NCBI GenBank assembly: GCA_043228905.1 | Contig: JBHGNT010000004.1 | Span: 24,304,001-24,368,000, forward strand | Length of the DNA: 64,000 nt | Reading direction: 5' to 3' | Source of the DNA: Azolla caroliniana | Lineage: Eukaryota; Plantae; Polypodiophyta | Shown: positions 19,654 to 33,146 of the stretch, piece after piece | Numbering within the stretch: the first letter of the stretch is position 1 | Layout: each line of letters starts with the position of its first letter | Translations under genes and position numbers: made by a program | Notes under the pieces: generated by a model | Databases searched by the model: none | Seen by the model: the letters and a program-made list of their open reading frames with translations, nothing else | What the model was told of the DNA's origin: nothing

Positions 19654-21719
19654 GTGACATAAACTTTTATAGTCTACAGTTTGGTAGGGACCAATGGGCT
19701 ATTTTCTCTTGTGAGTTGTAGGTCCAGAATCCAAATCTAAAATGTTCCGTTTTGATACGAGGAATGGTCAAAGAAAAAATCCAAAATGTGTCCTTTTCAT
19801 TCTAGGAATGGCCTTCAATCCATCAAGTTTTCCTCTACCTTGTAGAACTAGGGTCATAAGGTTGTTAAGGTTGACTATTTCTAGGCTCAAATGGCATTTT
19901 GTTGGTAGTTTTTTGGCATCATACATAATATAGATTGAGTCATTGTACTAGGCATTATTTAGCCACACCCACTAAGCTCACAGTGACACATGCATTGTAA
20001 TAGTGTCATTGATTGTTCATTGGACACAACCCTAAAATGGTGCTAAATTTACAATACCCTTATTTTTTTATGAAATTCTCAAAACGTATATTATCTTTCT
20101 TCATCAATTCTCACACACTCTTTTATTCTCATTATCATCACCACCATGACAATCATCACTATTAAAAGAATGATGGCAATGAAAGAAAAAGAAGAATGTG
20201 ATGTTGATGATGAAGAGAGAGAGAGATTATGGATGTGATCATCTAGATCATGGTGGTGGTGGTGCTTATGATGATGGTTGAGGTGGAGAAAGATGGAGAT
20301 AAAGGTGAGAAAAAATGGTGGGAGAGTGAAACTTTGGCGCTGCCCCTTGTATAACATAGTGTTTGACTATCATATATATTGGGTCCTATGATATAAATCG
20401 AGGTACGATAAATGGGTTCTTGGTAAATGTTCTCCATAGAGTACCAAAACAAATGTGTACATTGAAAGAATAATTGATTTGATAATTTCCACACTTGACC
20501 TTAGCTAATACTTTGTCCTTAGAGGAGTTAACAGGTTTGCCCTTGCCATAAAATCCACGCCATTGTATACATATAGGGACACTACAGGTTTGTGTATTGT
20601 CACATTGTTTTATTATATACACTACTTTCACCAAAAAAACATGGGACTAGATAGAAATGGTAATTTCTCAAAAGCAATATTTTGGCAAATTGGCCTTGGC
20701 CTAATTCATGACAATCATAGAGTGTTGTATTATTTCTTGGAACTCTTAAGTCAGAATTTTGCATAATGCAACTTCAAAACGAGTTTTTGTTAGGGACAAG
20801 ATATTTAATATTTTACGCTAATCAATGAAGTCATTAAGAATTTTCATGCAAGTAAAAAGTATATTTTGAATGCAACTATAGCAAACAATGTTGTCCATGG
20901 TAAGTTATTTAATGTGCAATAAATGGTGAAAGTTTGAATCCATTAAAACTAGTTAAATTGTTGGGTGGAGCATTACTATGTGTTTATGTGCGGTGATTTT
21001 AATGATATCCTTGCAATTCTCCTCGGAGACAAGTAATACTTGAGATTGAAACATGTTGAATGTTCAAACTTCAAACTATTGGCCACTTCTATGACATCCG
21101 TTGTAAACTTTGGACTCATCGACCCCCCTAAGTTTTCAAACTAAACATCAATGTCACTTGGGATTGAAAGGGTTAACCTAATTTGCCTCAATAATTGATT
21201 GGTTATAGATGATCCATACTAATATTGTAGAAAGGGCGTTTCACAACATTTTTCCAAGTTTCTTATGCACATTTGTATAATGCTGCATTTTTTGTACAGA
21301 GTGTACATACAAGCATTCAAGACTACAAATGTGGGTTTCATACAAAGATATTAAGTTGTGTTTGGGATGCGATGACAATATGTGCCTCTTATTTGTGGAA
21401 TTAAATTACTTAATTCCATCTATGAATCCACAAACACATAGGTACCATACATGGGACATCTCTACAAATGAAAAAGTGTTTCATCTTGTGTGTGTGTGTG
21501 TGTGTGTGTGTGTGGAGAGAGAGAGAGAGAAGGGAAGTTGATTTGGCAATTTTCACAACTATGTATGTTATATGGGGACGTTGTCCCGAGAGGAGATGGA
21601 CTTATGTCATCTAGTTTTGCAACACTTGAGAGGGTTTCCCTAGCACTATCACTATTTATGAAGTAGTAAAGATAGCAAGGGTTGTATTATCATCTTGTTT
21701 TAATAACAAACATTGATTT

Positions 21720-21774
<55 letters not shown>

Positions 21775-23845
21775 TGTTTGGCTTTCAAGGAGGGATACCC
21801 CAGATACTTCTTATTGTTTGAAAACTTTTGGGATAGCAAAAAGTTGATGAGAAAGGAAGAATTTGTAAAGACCATTTATTATTATACAACCAACAAGCTT
21901 GGAACCATCTTGCTAAATCTCGCCATATTTAATTCCATAATGCACCAATCTTTCGATGGATATTTCTAATTGCACCCACACCTACATGCACTCACACGTA
22001 CACATCTTATTTTGTTGTGATAGTGGGACACAACACAGACTGAGTTACTTTCTATTGGATAAGATGGTATGCAAGGGTTTTGAGATTTGTCCATAGTTTG
22101 GAGTCATCAATTACCACTCTCTTTATTTATGACCCCTTGAAAGTGTTATGAGAGCTACATCCTCCACAAGCCTCAGTGAATGAGTCGTGGATGCCCTCAT
22201 ACACATGTGCCCCATTTGTATTCATGCACTAATGGCACACATTTAGGCTCCCTTGAATTTCTAGGGACGATGATTGGGACACTTAATATCTTCCCAATCG
22301 ATGGTTATAACATCATGCTTGGGAGGGCATATATATCTTAACGTATCAAGGTTGCACATTGCTTAGATCAATGGCAATGTATTGACCTCAAAAAGCTCCA
22401 AAATATAATGTCCTAACATTTGCTCGCTCAAATATAAAATGATATAGTACCTCACCAATGTTGGCCCTTATATGGACCACTATGCCCTTATTCCTTGGTC
22501 CAATGACATATATTGCTCTAAATGAACTCTAAATGGAGTGTACTAGAGATTGCTTGCTAAGATAGTATATGATAATGCAATACCTCATCACCACCGGTTG
22601 GTCCCTATAAAAACAACATGACAAAGGGGCGACCTCAATTGTATGAACATGGCAAGGCTTCACATTCCCTCCTAGTTCAATTCCTATAAATAAATGCATC
22701 GTTCACATCCATCCATGTACAATGACCACCGAAATCTCATGTCATGACCAAGTATAGCAGTACTTAATCAAATGAACCCAACTCATGATGTGTATGAACA
22801 TGTCGAGCCCACACACATCCTCCTTGTGCAAATCTTATACATTCATCTCTCGTTCACATCCTTGTACAAATTGCCCCTAAAATCCTCAGTTGTAGCGGTA
22901 CTTGTGAAGCGACCCCCCCAACGCATTATGGTTGTGAGGTTTTTATGCCGCGAGCAAGTGACTAATCGGGGGGGGGGGGGGGGAGCGTCCGGACATTGGC
23001 ACAGTGTGAAACCATGGGAGAAGAAGAAGAAGAAGATGCAGATTTGCGTGTGAATTGACTTACAGTACTTCAATGTGAAACCAAGTAAAACGTAATAGTA
23101 AGTAGTAGTAGTAGTGGTAGTAATAGCTTAGTTAGAGAAAGAAGGCTCTCTTCTCTCTCTTTCTCTCGTCTTGCGTCTTGGTTCGGGAACGAGGCTACAG
23201 CCGGGACGAGGTTCGGGATCCGAGGCTCCGTGAAGTGTAGGTTCGGTGGAAAGCTGCAGACTTGGTGAGCTCATCGTTCTCGCTTTCTCCCCCTTTTCTT
23301 CTTCTCTGCAAACTCTGTTTCTTCTTCTTCTTCTTCTTCTTCTTCTCCCTCCTACACTTCCCAAAATTTCTTTCACTCTGTTCTGCCTCCCCGCACAGCA
23401 AGTAAAACCCCTCATTTCTTCTCCCCCTCTCTCTGATCCGCCACCGGTCTCTGCCTCCCCCAGAACAACCTTCTTTTTGTCTCTCCTCTGGTAAAAAACC
23501 TCGTTTTTTCTCGCGTTAAACGCTGAAATTTGATAACAATTTCCTTCTCTCTGTTTACAGTTTTGATGTCTTCCTCTTTTTTTACTGTGTTTCGAGAAAC
23601 ATTTTTACCCCTCAAAAGGTTCCGTTTTCCTTTGAGGATCCATGTCGTCCGTTTCTCTGTTCTGACTAAAAGCTCAACGTAATTAGCGAGAAATGCTTTT
23701 TATATACTAAATTTCTTCAATTTCCTTGCAATTTCAGACCATTCCTTTTAGCTTCTCAGCATGATTTCCTATAACTCTTGAATTGCTTCGACAAAGCTGA
23801 TTTCTATTCAAATTTGTTTCAATTTCTTTCATTTTGGCTGCGAAA

Positions 23846-26800
23846 ATGTCTCAAACAAACTGGGAAGCTGACAAGATGTGAGTAATCTAAAGACCCATAT
23901 GTATTTTATTTGTTATATAGCTTGTTTTCTTATGAATTCAGGACTGATTATCTTATATTATTGTCAATTTTATACCTTTTTTTGGTATATAATTCAGGTT
24001 AGATGTGTATATCTATGATTATCTTGTGAAGAGAAATCTTCAGGCATCTGCACAGGCATTTCAAGCAGAAGGAAAGGTCTCTTCAGATCCTGTTGGTATG
24101 ATACATACACATACATACATACACACACACATACATACACACACATACACACACATACATATATTTATGTATGTATATATATTTTCAAGTGTCATGTTGG
24201 GTTAAAATTTCTCTAAAATGTTGATGCTTAGTTTTGGCTTCTTTTTTCATTTTCAATTTAATATTTTAGCCATAGATGCACCTGGTGGGTTTCTATTTGA
24301 ATGGTGGTCCGTGTTTTGGGACATCTTTATTGCACGAACAAACGAGAAACATTCAGAAGTTGCTGCGTCCTACATCGAGGTCTGCCTTTAACTTAAATAA
24401 ATACCCATGCACATGCTGTACCTATTATATTACAGTTTGGAAAACTTAATGCAAGGTGAAATGACCCACAATAATGATTTTACTGCAATGATCACCAGAT
24501 AACTATATCTGTCTTTAGGTTATACGTGGAACACTTTTTTCCTGATGTCATATTACTGGTGAAATGTTCACTGTATCTATCGTCAGGATATTTGAATGCA
24601 CATTTGATTTCTGTAAAACACATTAAATATTGCTAATGGGGGAACTTAAGGTGAGGTGAAAACCCACAAAAAAAATTATTTTAACAAAACGACCATCAGA
24701 TCTCCATTTTTATCTTCAGACACATGCATATACACATACACTTATGCTATTGGTTCGATAACCATGTTTACTGGTGTTTGGAGTCAGACCCAGCAGTTGA
24801 AAGCTAGAGAACAGCAGCAGCAGCAGCAACACCACCATCAACAGCAGCAGCAGCAGCAGCACCAACAGCAGCAGCAGCAACAACAACAGCAACAGCAACA
24901 GCAGCAGCAGCAACAACAACAGCACCATCAACAACAGCAGCAACAGCAGCAGCAACAGCAACAACAGCAGCTTCAGCTTCAGCTTTTGCGACATCAACAG
25001 CAGCAACAGCCTAGGAGAGATGGCAACCATCTTAATATCAATGGAGGGGTGAATAGTCTTGGGTCTGATACCATGATGAGACAAAGCACAGCCAATGCAA
25101 TGGCAACCAAAATATATGAAGAATGTTTGAAGCATCCACAGAAAAGGGAAGCTATAGAAGATGCAAACTTGAAGGTGCTTTTGTGGCAATGATCTAAGTC
25201 TTAACAAATAATTATGCGTTTACTCACCAGTTTAGTGTGCTTGAAGGAAACTATTGATGTTTTTGTCAGTTTCTGGATGCAGAGATATGCTGATAATCCT
25301 AATCAACTGTTAGATGCGAGTCAAGCACCTTTGCTGAAGTCACCTCCAACACCTGGTCAACCAGCCGGGTAACTGTCCTTTCTTTGACCTGGATTTGGGG
25401 ATTAAGATCTTAAATACAGACTGTGGTTCAAGAAGTGACTAGGAAACTTGAAAGTATCAAGAAAATGGAAGGATCTTAACTTCATTTTCTGCCATGATAC
25501 GTGTATTCTTAGATGGTGTTTCTTTTGATGTACTTATGCTACTTTGAATACAATGCCCTTAGGAAAGTGTTTGTCTAGACTCTAGGATGTTATGATGCAA
25601 ATTTTGTGCTATAATGTTATTGTGATGTGTTCAAGAAGGTATGGTGTTTAAGTTTATCTAGGATATTCTGATGGGAATGATCTGGAAGGGTGTTGATAGT
25701 TTCCTGTATCGTGGACTAATTACGATTCTTCATTGCATGAGTAATTATTTTGCATATGCACTGTGCCTCAGACATGTGAGTATATTCTGCTGTCTCATTT
25801 CTATAGTAAATCTTAACATAATCTTTTCTATTTGGGAAGTCAAATGCTACATGCCGGAGGAGGCAATATGAGTGCAACCCTTCAACAAGCACAAGTTCGA
25901 AATCAAACAATCTCGGGTGTAAACCAAGTAAATTCTTTGATGCAGAGCACCTATTGTGTATTGATCTATGATTTTCCTGCATCAAGTGTAAATATTCTCT
26001 GTCTAGTGCCGTCAATATCTCTTCACTGATGTTAGAAATTAACAGGATGTAAAAGGTGATGTAAATGGAGTACTAAATCAACGATCACCTGCACCAGATC
26101 CAGCACTTTTCGGCGTGCCTGGAGTTGGTCATTCAAAACCAAATCTTTTAAGTCCAGGTGTCACTTTTGCGTTCAACGTGTTCCATTCTAGCTCGATTCC
26201 AGGCTTGCTGACAATATAAACATAATTATAGGTAAATTAACTGACTTGTCCCTGTTCCATCCAGGTGTTAATCAAGGTGCAAATACTTTACCTCTAAAGG
26301 GCTGGCCATTGACGGTAAGTTTTGGATATTCAGTTTTGCGCTAGATTGGAAGTGGAAGGCTCAAATAAACCAAATTCATATTTTGTGTTCAGGGATTTGA
26401 TCAACTTCGTCCAAATATGCTACCCGCAAAGTCATTTATCCAATCGCCGCAGCAATATCATCAGATTCAAATGCTCAACCCTCAGCAACAGCAGCAACTC
26501 TTGCTGCAAGCACAGCAAACACAAGGAAATTTGGGATCAACCAATCTTCTCACAGAGTTGGAATCTAGACGGATCAAAATGCTTCTAAGCAGCAGGAATG
26601 CAATGCCCAATAAAGATGGCCAACCTACTGGTATTGGAGATGTCATGCAAGGTGTGGCCTCCCCAATGCAAGCTGCCAATCAGAGTAACCAGGAACTAAT
26701 AATGAAAGTGTGTATTGGCTCTTTGTCTTCACAAAATTCACTGATTAATATCTATTCTTTGGTTTAAGTCTTTGTGGCTATACTCTAATGTAGGCTAAGC

Positions 26801-29800
26801 TGACTCAGCTTCAACAGCAGCAGCAACAACAGCAACAACGGCAACAACAACAGCAGCAAATCCAGCAACCACCACCATCTCAGCAGCCACAAATATCACA
26901 GCAACAGATTCCTGCAACTCCTCTGCCGCAGCAAGATAGGCTCATTGGACCTACCGGAGGAGTGGTTGATGGAAATCTCTCCAATGCCTACCGGAGTAAT
27001 GAGCAGGTAAAATACTCTGGATGGTCTCTTGGTTGTGTCGTTTCATCAATTATGTAGGTTTGAATGTCTTTTGAATGACTTTAGATCATTTTAACATTGG
27101 AATTTGTTTCTTTTTTGTATCTAATTTTGCTAATACATATTGTGGATTGATTATTAGTATTTGTATTCATCATATACTTGCCATTAGCTCCGATAAATAT
27201 TGAGATTATGAGCTCTTGCCTACATTTGATTACTATTGAGTCTTTTCTATCCAAGAAGTGGTTAATAAAAGTTGTACTCAACAGTGTAGATTCACAGGTG
27301 ATGTTTATCTAGTTTTATATTGAAGGTTATCTTAAATGAATCATTTAATTGATATTTTTAGCATTTTAGGAATCTCTCTCTCTCTCTCTCTCTCCTGATT
27401 TCCTCCCATGTACTTAATTTGAAAGCCCAAATTGTCCTGGCCTTGGTAAATGTATGTATTCCTTATGTCTATTCAAGAAGTAATTAAGGTTGTTACTATC
27501 TAACTTTTATCTTCTATATATAGACTGTCACAAAAGGGCAGAATGGGCGGAAAAGGAAACAACCTGCATCTTCGTCTGGCCCTGCAAACAGTACAGGTAC
27601 AGGAAATACAGCAGGACCCAATTCTGCTCCCTCAACCCCGTCAATCCACACACCAGGTGACGTTATCTCCATGGCTAGTGCATTGCAACAGAGTGGTAGC
27701 ACATCGAAGTCATCATTAATATATGGATCAGATGGTACAGGAGCTTTAGCAACCTCTTCCAATCAATTGGTGTGTATTCTTTAAAAGAAATTCATCATTT
27801 TGATCTTCAGAAACACTTTTATCTATGATGAGAGTCACTTCAGCATTTTGATTACCAATGTGTAGGCTGATATAGATCGGTTCGCTGAGGAGGCATCATT
27901 AGATGACAACGTGGAATCCTTCTTATCTTATGATGAAGCAGACCAAAGAGAGACACTTTTTAGCTGTAGTAAAAGGAGTCCCACTGGACATAGTTTGGAT
28001 GCCAGTAAAGGTACTTTCCTCATACATTCAAAAAGGTGTTAAAACATGGGATAATCAAGAATAATTTGTCTTCTGGCTTTCAGGCTCCATATTCTCGGAG
28101 GTTCGATGTATTAAAGCGAGTAACAATAAAGTTATTGCATGTGACTTCTCTCCTGATGGGAAGCTACTTGCTAGTGCAGGACATGATAAGAAGGTCAGAT
28201 TTTGATTATGGTTAGGCTTTTGTGGTTTAATCTGCTGTTATTGTACTAAGTTTGTGATTGCTATTTACAGGCAGTGTTGTGGAACATGGAGCCTTTTAAG
28301 CTGAAGGGAACACTTGATGAACACAATCTCATGATTACAGATGTCCGATTTAGTGGAAATTCAACACGTCTTGCAACATCATCATTTGATAAGACTGTGA
28401 AAGTATGGGAAGTTGACAGTGTAAGTACTAAGTCTGCTTCCTTGATGCATGGGCATGCTTGCTATTGCCAACCTAGTCGACTTATCCTTTATACATGGGC
28501 GAGATGTTATGATTTTTTCGCTGGATTTGTTATGCAGACAAGCTACTCATTGAGGAGTTTTACGGGACACAGGGGAACAGTGATGTCACTGGATTTTAAC
28601 ACCATAAATGAAGATCTACTCTGTTCTTGTGATGGAGATAATGAGATACGATATTGGAATGTGACTCAGGGTACTTGCACTCGGACATTTCAGGTAGAAA
28701 TGCTCGTTTTAAAACTGTAAATTTTAGTTTTGAGAATCTTAGTGGAATTTGGATTAATTTTGATTCAGCATTGAATTGAATTGAATAACAGGGGGGAAAT
28801 AGTCGGGTGAGGTTCCAACCAAGAGCTGGAAGGTTTTTGGCTGCAGCAGCTGATAATACTGTGTCCATATTTGACGTAGAAACGACGACTCGTGTGCATT
28901 GCCTGCAGGTTTGCCTCTGCTTTCTGTACAAAAAAATGCATGCGGATCATAGAAATAGAACCACAAGTTTTGCTTCATGCAGTTGGCTCACAAACCGGCC
29001 TGAAATATGAAAATTATTTTTTTATCTTTTTCTGAAAGTCAATAATCATTAGAAAAACTTCATACAATTTCCAGATTGGAACAGTCTGGAATTTCAGCAA
29101 TTAGGAAGCGTAAATTGTGATTTCGTTCTTGAATTTCTACAATTTTAAGAAACCTTCATAAACTCCCCATTTTCTCTAAATGATGCTCTACTATATATCC
29201 TAGATATATAATGCTGTATATTTTCATATATTTTATGAAGCCCATGCTGTAATTTTTTGAAACAAAATGGTACTCCGAAATGGAAGCTCAAAATCCACAA
29301 AACCATGCAATATTTTCTTGTAACACGAGCAGATCTTAGAGTTTTGTTTGCTTTTCTTGCAGAGGCATACAAACTCTATCCATGCCGTGTGTTGGGATGC
29401 AGCTGGCGACTATCTTGCATCTGTTAGTGATGATTCAGTGCGAGTGTGGGCACTTCGTCCTGGTTCTGAAGGACAATGTATCCATGAGTTGAGTTGCAAT
29501 GGAAACAAATTCCAGTCCTGTGTTTTCCATCCCACTTACCCTCACATTCTTGTGATTGGATGCTATCAGGTATGATTTCCTTTCATCTCATGCATAGAAT
29601 ATCGTGTTGGGCTTACGGATACATTATTGCTGGTTCATATATATTATTTTGTTGCTAGAGATACATGCCAACTGGTGAACCCATTTTCACAGTTTTGCTC
29701 ACATTTGATGAATGTTCATATTTGCTTGGCAGTCGATCGAATTGTGGTCCATACAAGAGAAAAAGAACATTACAATATCTGCCCATGAAGGTTTGATTGA

Positions 29801-29876
29801 AGCACTTGCCCAGTCTCCTGTCACCGGCATGATTGCATCGGCTAGCCATGATAAAACTGTGAAACTATGGAAGTAG
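23846..29876 (+). CDS. LUG: LEUNIG / LEUNIG_HOMOLOG-family Gro/Tup1 transcriptional corepressor (LisH-LUFS, Q-rich, WD40), about 18 exons
   Basis: Spliced N-terminus [80 protein letters not shown] (exons 23846-23877, 23998-24095, 24270-24379). Then poly[30 protein letters not shown], and WD40 repeats ending [14 protein letters not shown] versus LUH orthology is unresolved. Confidence 0.95.
24811..25010 (+). repeat. CAG/CAA polyglutamine-coding repeat in LUG exon 4
   Basis: Near-continuous Q/H tract in ORF 24656-25192; a second Q tract lies at ~26812-26868. Confidence 0.95.
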
Positions 29877-30437
29877 AGGGTGTACCATAGTATGTTTTTT
29901 GTGGAATGTTTGTGGTAATATGTGGCAGAATATTGTTGTAAAATATCAAAGGCTTGGGCTTTGCTATTATGTGAAGTGTCAGAGATGCGTGCCATGTGAA
30001 TGCCAAGGATTCTATGGCTGTTTGGTTCCTCTGCAATTCAGGAGAGACTGTCACGATACAAAAACCGTGTTATAAAAACCATGTGAATGCCAAGGATTAT
30101 ATGGCTGTTTGGATCATATTGCAGGGCACGGTTGGTAGCAAATCTTTTAATAAACCAATGAAAATTACTGTTTATTATATCTAATCCTCTAGACGACTTG
30201 ATTAAGTGAAATATATGATTCGCAAATTGCATTGCCTTACACGAAGAAGCAAATTTATTCTTTTAATTCATTTCTGCAGTGTGTAATGCCTGACATTGAT
30301 AAATCTTCCATTCCTGAGATATAGAGCATATGCATGACTATATGAAGTTGATATGGACAGGGGTTCATCCAGTTTTTGTGGATCGCCACATGGTAAAAGC
30401 CAGTCCTAGGTTTTCATGGTATATATCTCTATATATT

Positions 30438-30472
<35 letters not shown>

Positions 30473-32502
30473 AATGTCCAGCTCATTGAGATAACAATGG
30501 CCTCTTGCTTGCCTTCTTAATGTCTTTATTAATTTCAGACTTACATGTCATGACAGGGTTAACTTTGATCTTTAATGTGTTGTCAACTCCACAACCATGT
30601 TAATGCATGGTCGATACTATATTTTTTGTTACACAAACTATTCACAAAATGACGAGAACCTAATCTGGAGTATGATTTCCATTTGGTGGATGTTTCAAAG
30701 TTGTCTACCGTGTCCAATAACATTGCTTATTTCCTGGAATTTATTTGTTTCAATCTAGTTACGTGTTCTTGTTTATTTGGATCTTGTGGCATTGGCAATT
30801 GTGATGTTTATTTTGAATGCTAGAATTGTTGGTTCATGTGATGGTTGTGGCCATTGGCTGGAGCAAGAAAAGTTTGGTTACACCATGTTAGGATTTGATG
30901 GCAATCCACCTGTCCAGGCCTTTGGGAATGTCACAGGCCATGTAAAAATATTTTGAAAAGAGTCATAGAAGTTGAATGGAGAAGTTTTTATCAGTCAACT
31001 AGGATAAGAAACATGTAGGCTGCACCTGTTCAAAACATAACAGATGCCATAATTTATGAAGTATATTCATAATTGCATAATGACGATGGTTTGCAATGTA
31101 GGTCTTGGGTATTAGCAACTAATACAGATTATTCTCGTGATTTAGAAAGTGAATAGCACATTCATCTCAAATCAATGATTGGAACATTTGATTTGGCATA
31201 GATTGGTCATGCATTTCATATTGAAATCTTTCATGAGATTGGATTCATAGCTTTTGCTAATATTGAAGGCATGCCACAACCATCACCAACTTTTGGATCC
31301 AGTCCAAAAAGGTGAATATACATGAGACATGACATGGAAAATGCTCACATGCTCGGTTTATGTCAAAGCTATTAGAAGTATGAAGTTTGGTTTTTGCATT
31401 ATATGATCATTTGTTGCAAGTTTCTTTTGTCCAAAGTACCTTAATAAACATGTGAACAAATTAGATACACACACAAGAGTAATTGCAAATTGTGTACAAT
31501 CATTTTGGGAAGCATTGATGTGCATTGATCAATATAGAAATGTAAAGGCAAGAGAAAGATGATCTTTTACTATGTGATGAGAAATTGTTTTAGTGATAAA
31601 AAACATGCACAATTTTGGGAAGGACTATTATAACTCGGATGAGTGGGGGCCTTTTGGAGGATGGTGTCTATTTTCCCCATCAAAATAACTTGAATGTGAA
31701 ACAAGGTTTTGTAGGATGACTAATTCTTATTTTTCCTATTCAACTTGTCCTTAAATAAAAAGATGCAAAACTAAAGACCTTCCTCCAAATATGGGAATAT
31801 GCCTTTCTACATAATTGAGGAGAAACTATTGAAATGACCTTTTTCTTCACAGGAGATGGTTTATGAATTGAATTTTCGTAACCTTGCCAATGAAAGTGTT
31901 AACATTTTCGCGCAATGAAAACTTTTGATCATATACTCGACGATACAAACAAATGGAGACCAACTTTCTAAATGCGAATGATAATGTTGTGTGTCATATT
32001 TTAGTCACCCAACATTCATTGCACATTCTACAAGATTCTTAACAATTTCATCATTAGAGTCGCAACGAGTGCTTTTGTTTGATGACCATGTCTTGTCCGA
32101 GGGGCCGAAATCATTTGGGATGGATGTACTCAAATTGCAATAACTAGACTAGCAATGACGAGTGTGTTTATTATGATAAGTGGACATCCAACGTGTTATG
32201 AGTCTTTGATGGATGGATGGGCATGGGACCAAATCATTCAATCTGTGGAGATCTAGGATGGTCGGCATCCCCCCGCATATGGATAGTCAATCAAGTCTGC
32301 TTTGTTCAAAATGGAGCTTGATGGGGTCAAGATGGATAGTCAATCAAGTGTGCTTCGAGCCACGAGTGCAGTAGACTAAGATGGGATGTGAGAGCCTGAT
32401 AGATGAGTAGTTGAGGAACATACGACGATCACACAAGACGCACGTGCACGATTCATCCATTGTTTAGGCTTTAATTTGCCATGAAATGAATTCCTAACCC
32501 TA

Positions 32503-32796
32503 ATTAAAATGAGTTAAAACTAATTACAATGAATTAAAATGAGTTTACAATGAGTTAAAACTAATTACAATGAATTAAAATGAGTTTACAATGAGTTAAA
32601 ACTAATTACAATGAATTAAAATGAGTTAAAACTAATTACAATGAATTAAAATGAGTTAAAACTAATTAGAATGAATTAAAATGAGTTAAAACTAATTAGA
32701 ATGAATTAAAATGAGTTAAAACTAATTAGAATGAATTAAAATGAGTTAAAACTACTTAGAATGAATTAAAACTAGTTTAAATGGATTAAAATGAAT
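32503..32796. repeat. AT-rich minisatellite, ~30-bp unit
   Basis: AATGAGTTAAAACTAATTA(C/G)AATGAATTAA repeated about 8-9 times with 10-bp subunits. Confidence 0.92.
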
Positions 32797-33146
32797 ATTT
32801 TCAACAAAAAAAATAAAAAAATCTATTACTTGGTAAAACTTGCCCAGGCAATTCTCAGCAGAGATGAATGCAGACAAAGCAGCTCTGACAGATGGAAGAA
32901 GCTCAAGCTTTCATGGAAACCTCCTCCTCCTTTCGATGCCTTCCCTCTTCTTCTTCTTCTTCACCTCCATCCCTGTCTCTTATCTGCGATTGAACGTCGG
33001 GCTTGACGGTTGGAACCTTACATGTTTGATAATCTGATCTCATGATCCAATTCCTGAATTCTTACCTTCCTCACTATCTGCGATCTTATCCGCATTGGTC
33101 GCATTTGAATTATCCATTGTATTTCCTGTCTTCGTCTTACATCACT

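Noticed and set aside
20091-20357. His-rich small ORF
   Set aside because: It derives from a low-complexity TGA/TGG trinucleotide region, has no recognisable family and starts at a non-ATG codon.
24716-25207. 163-aa poly-Leu minus-strand ORF
   Set aside because: It is the antisense shadow of the LUG CAG/CAA repeat.
32340-32430. Possible FAR1/MULE transposase remnant (EPRVQ*TKMGCESL...EEH)
   Set aside because: Too short and degenerate to support without an HMM search; no TIRs or TSD found.
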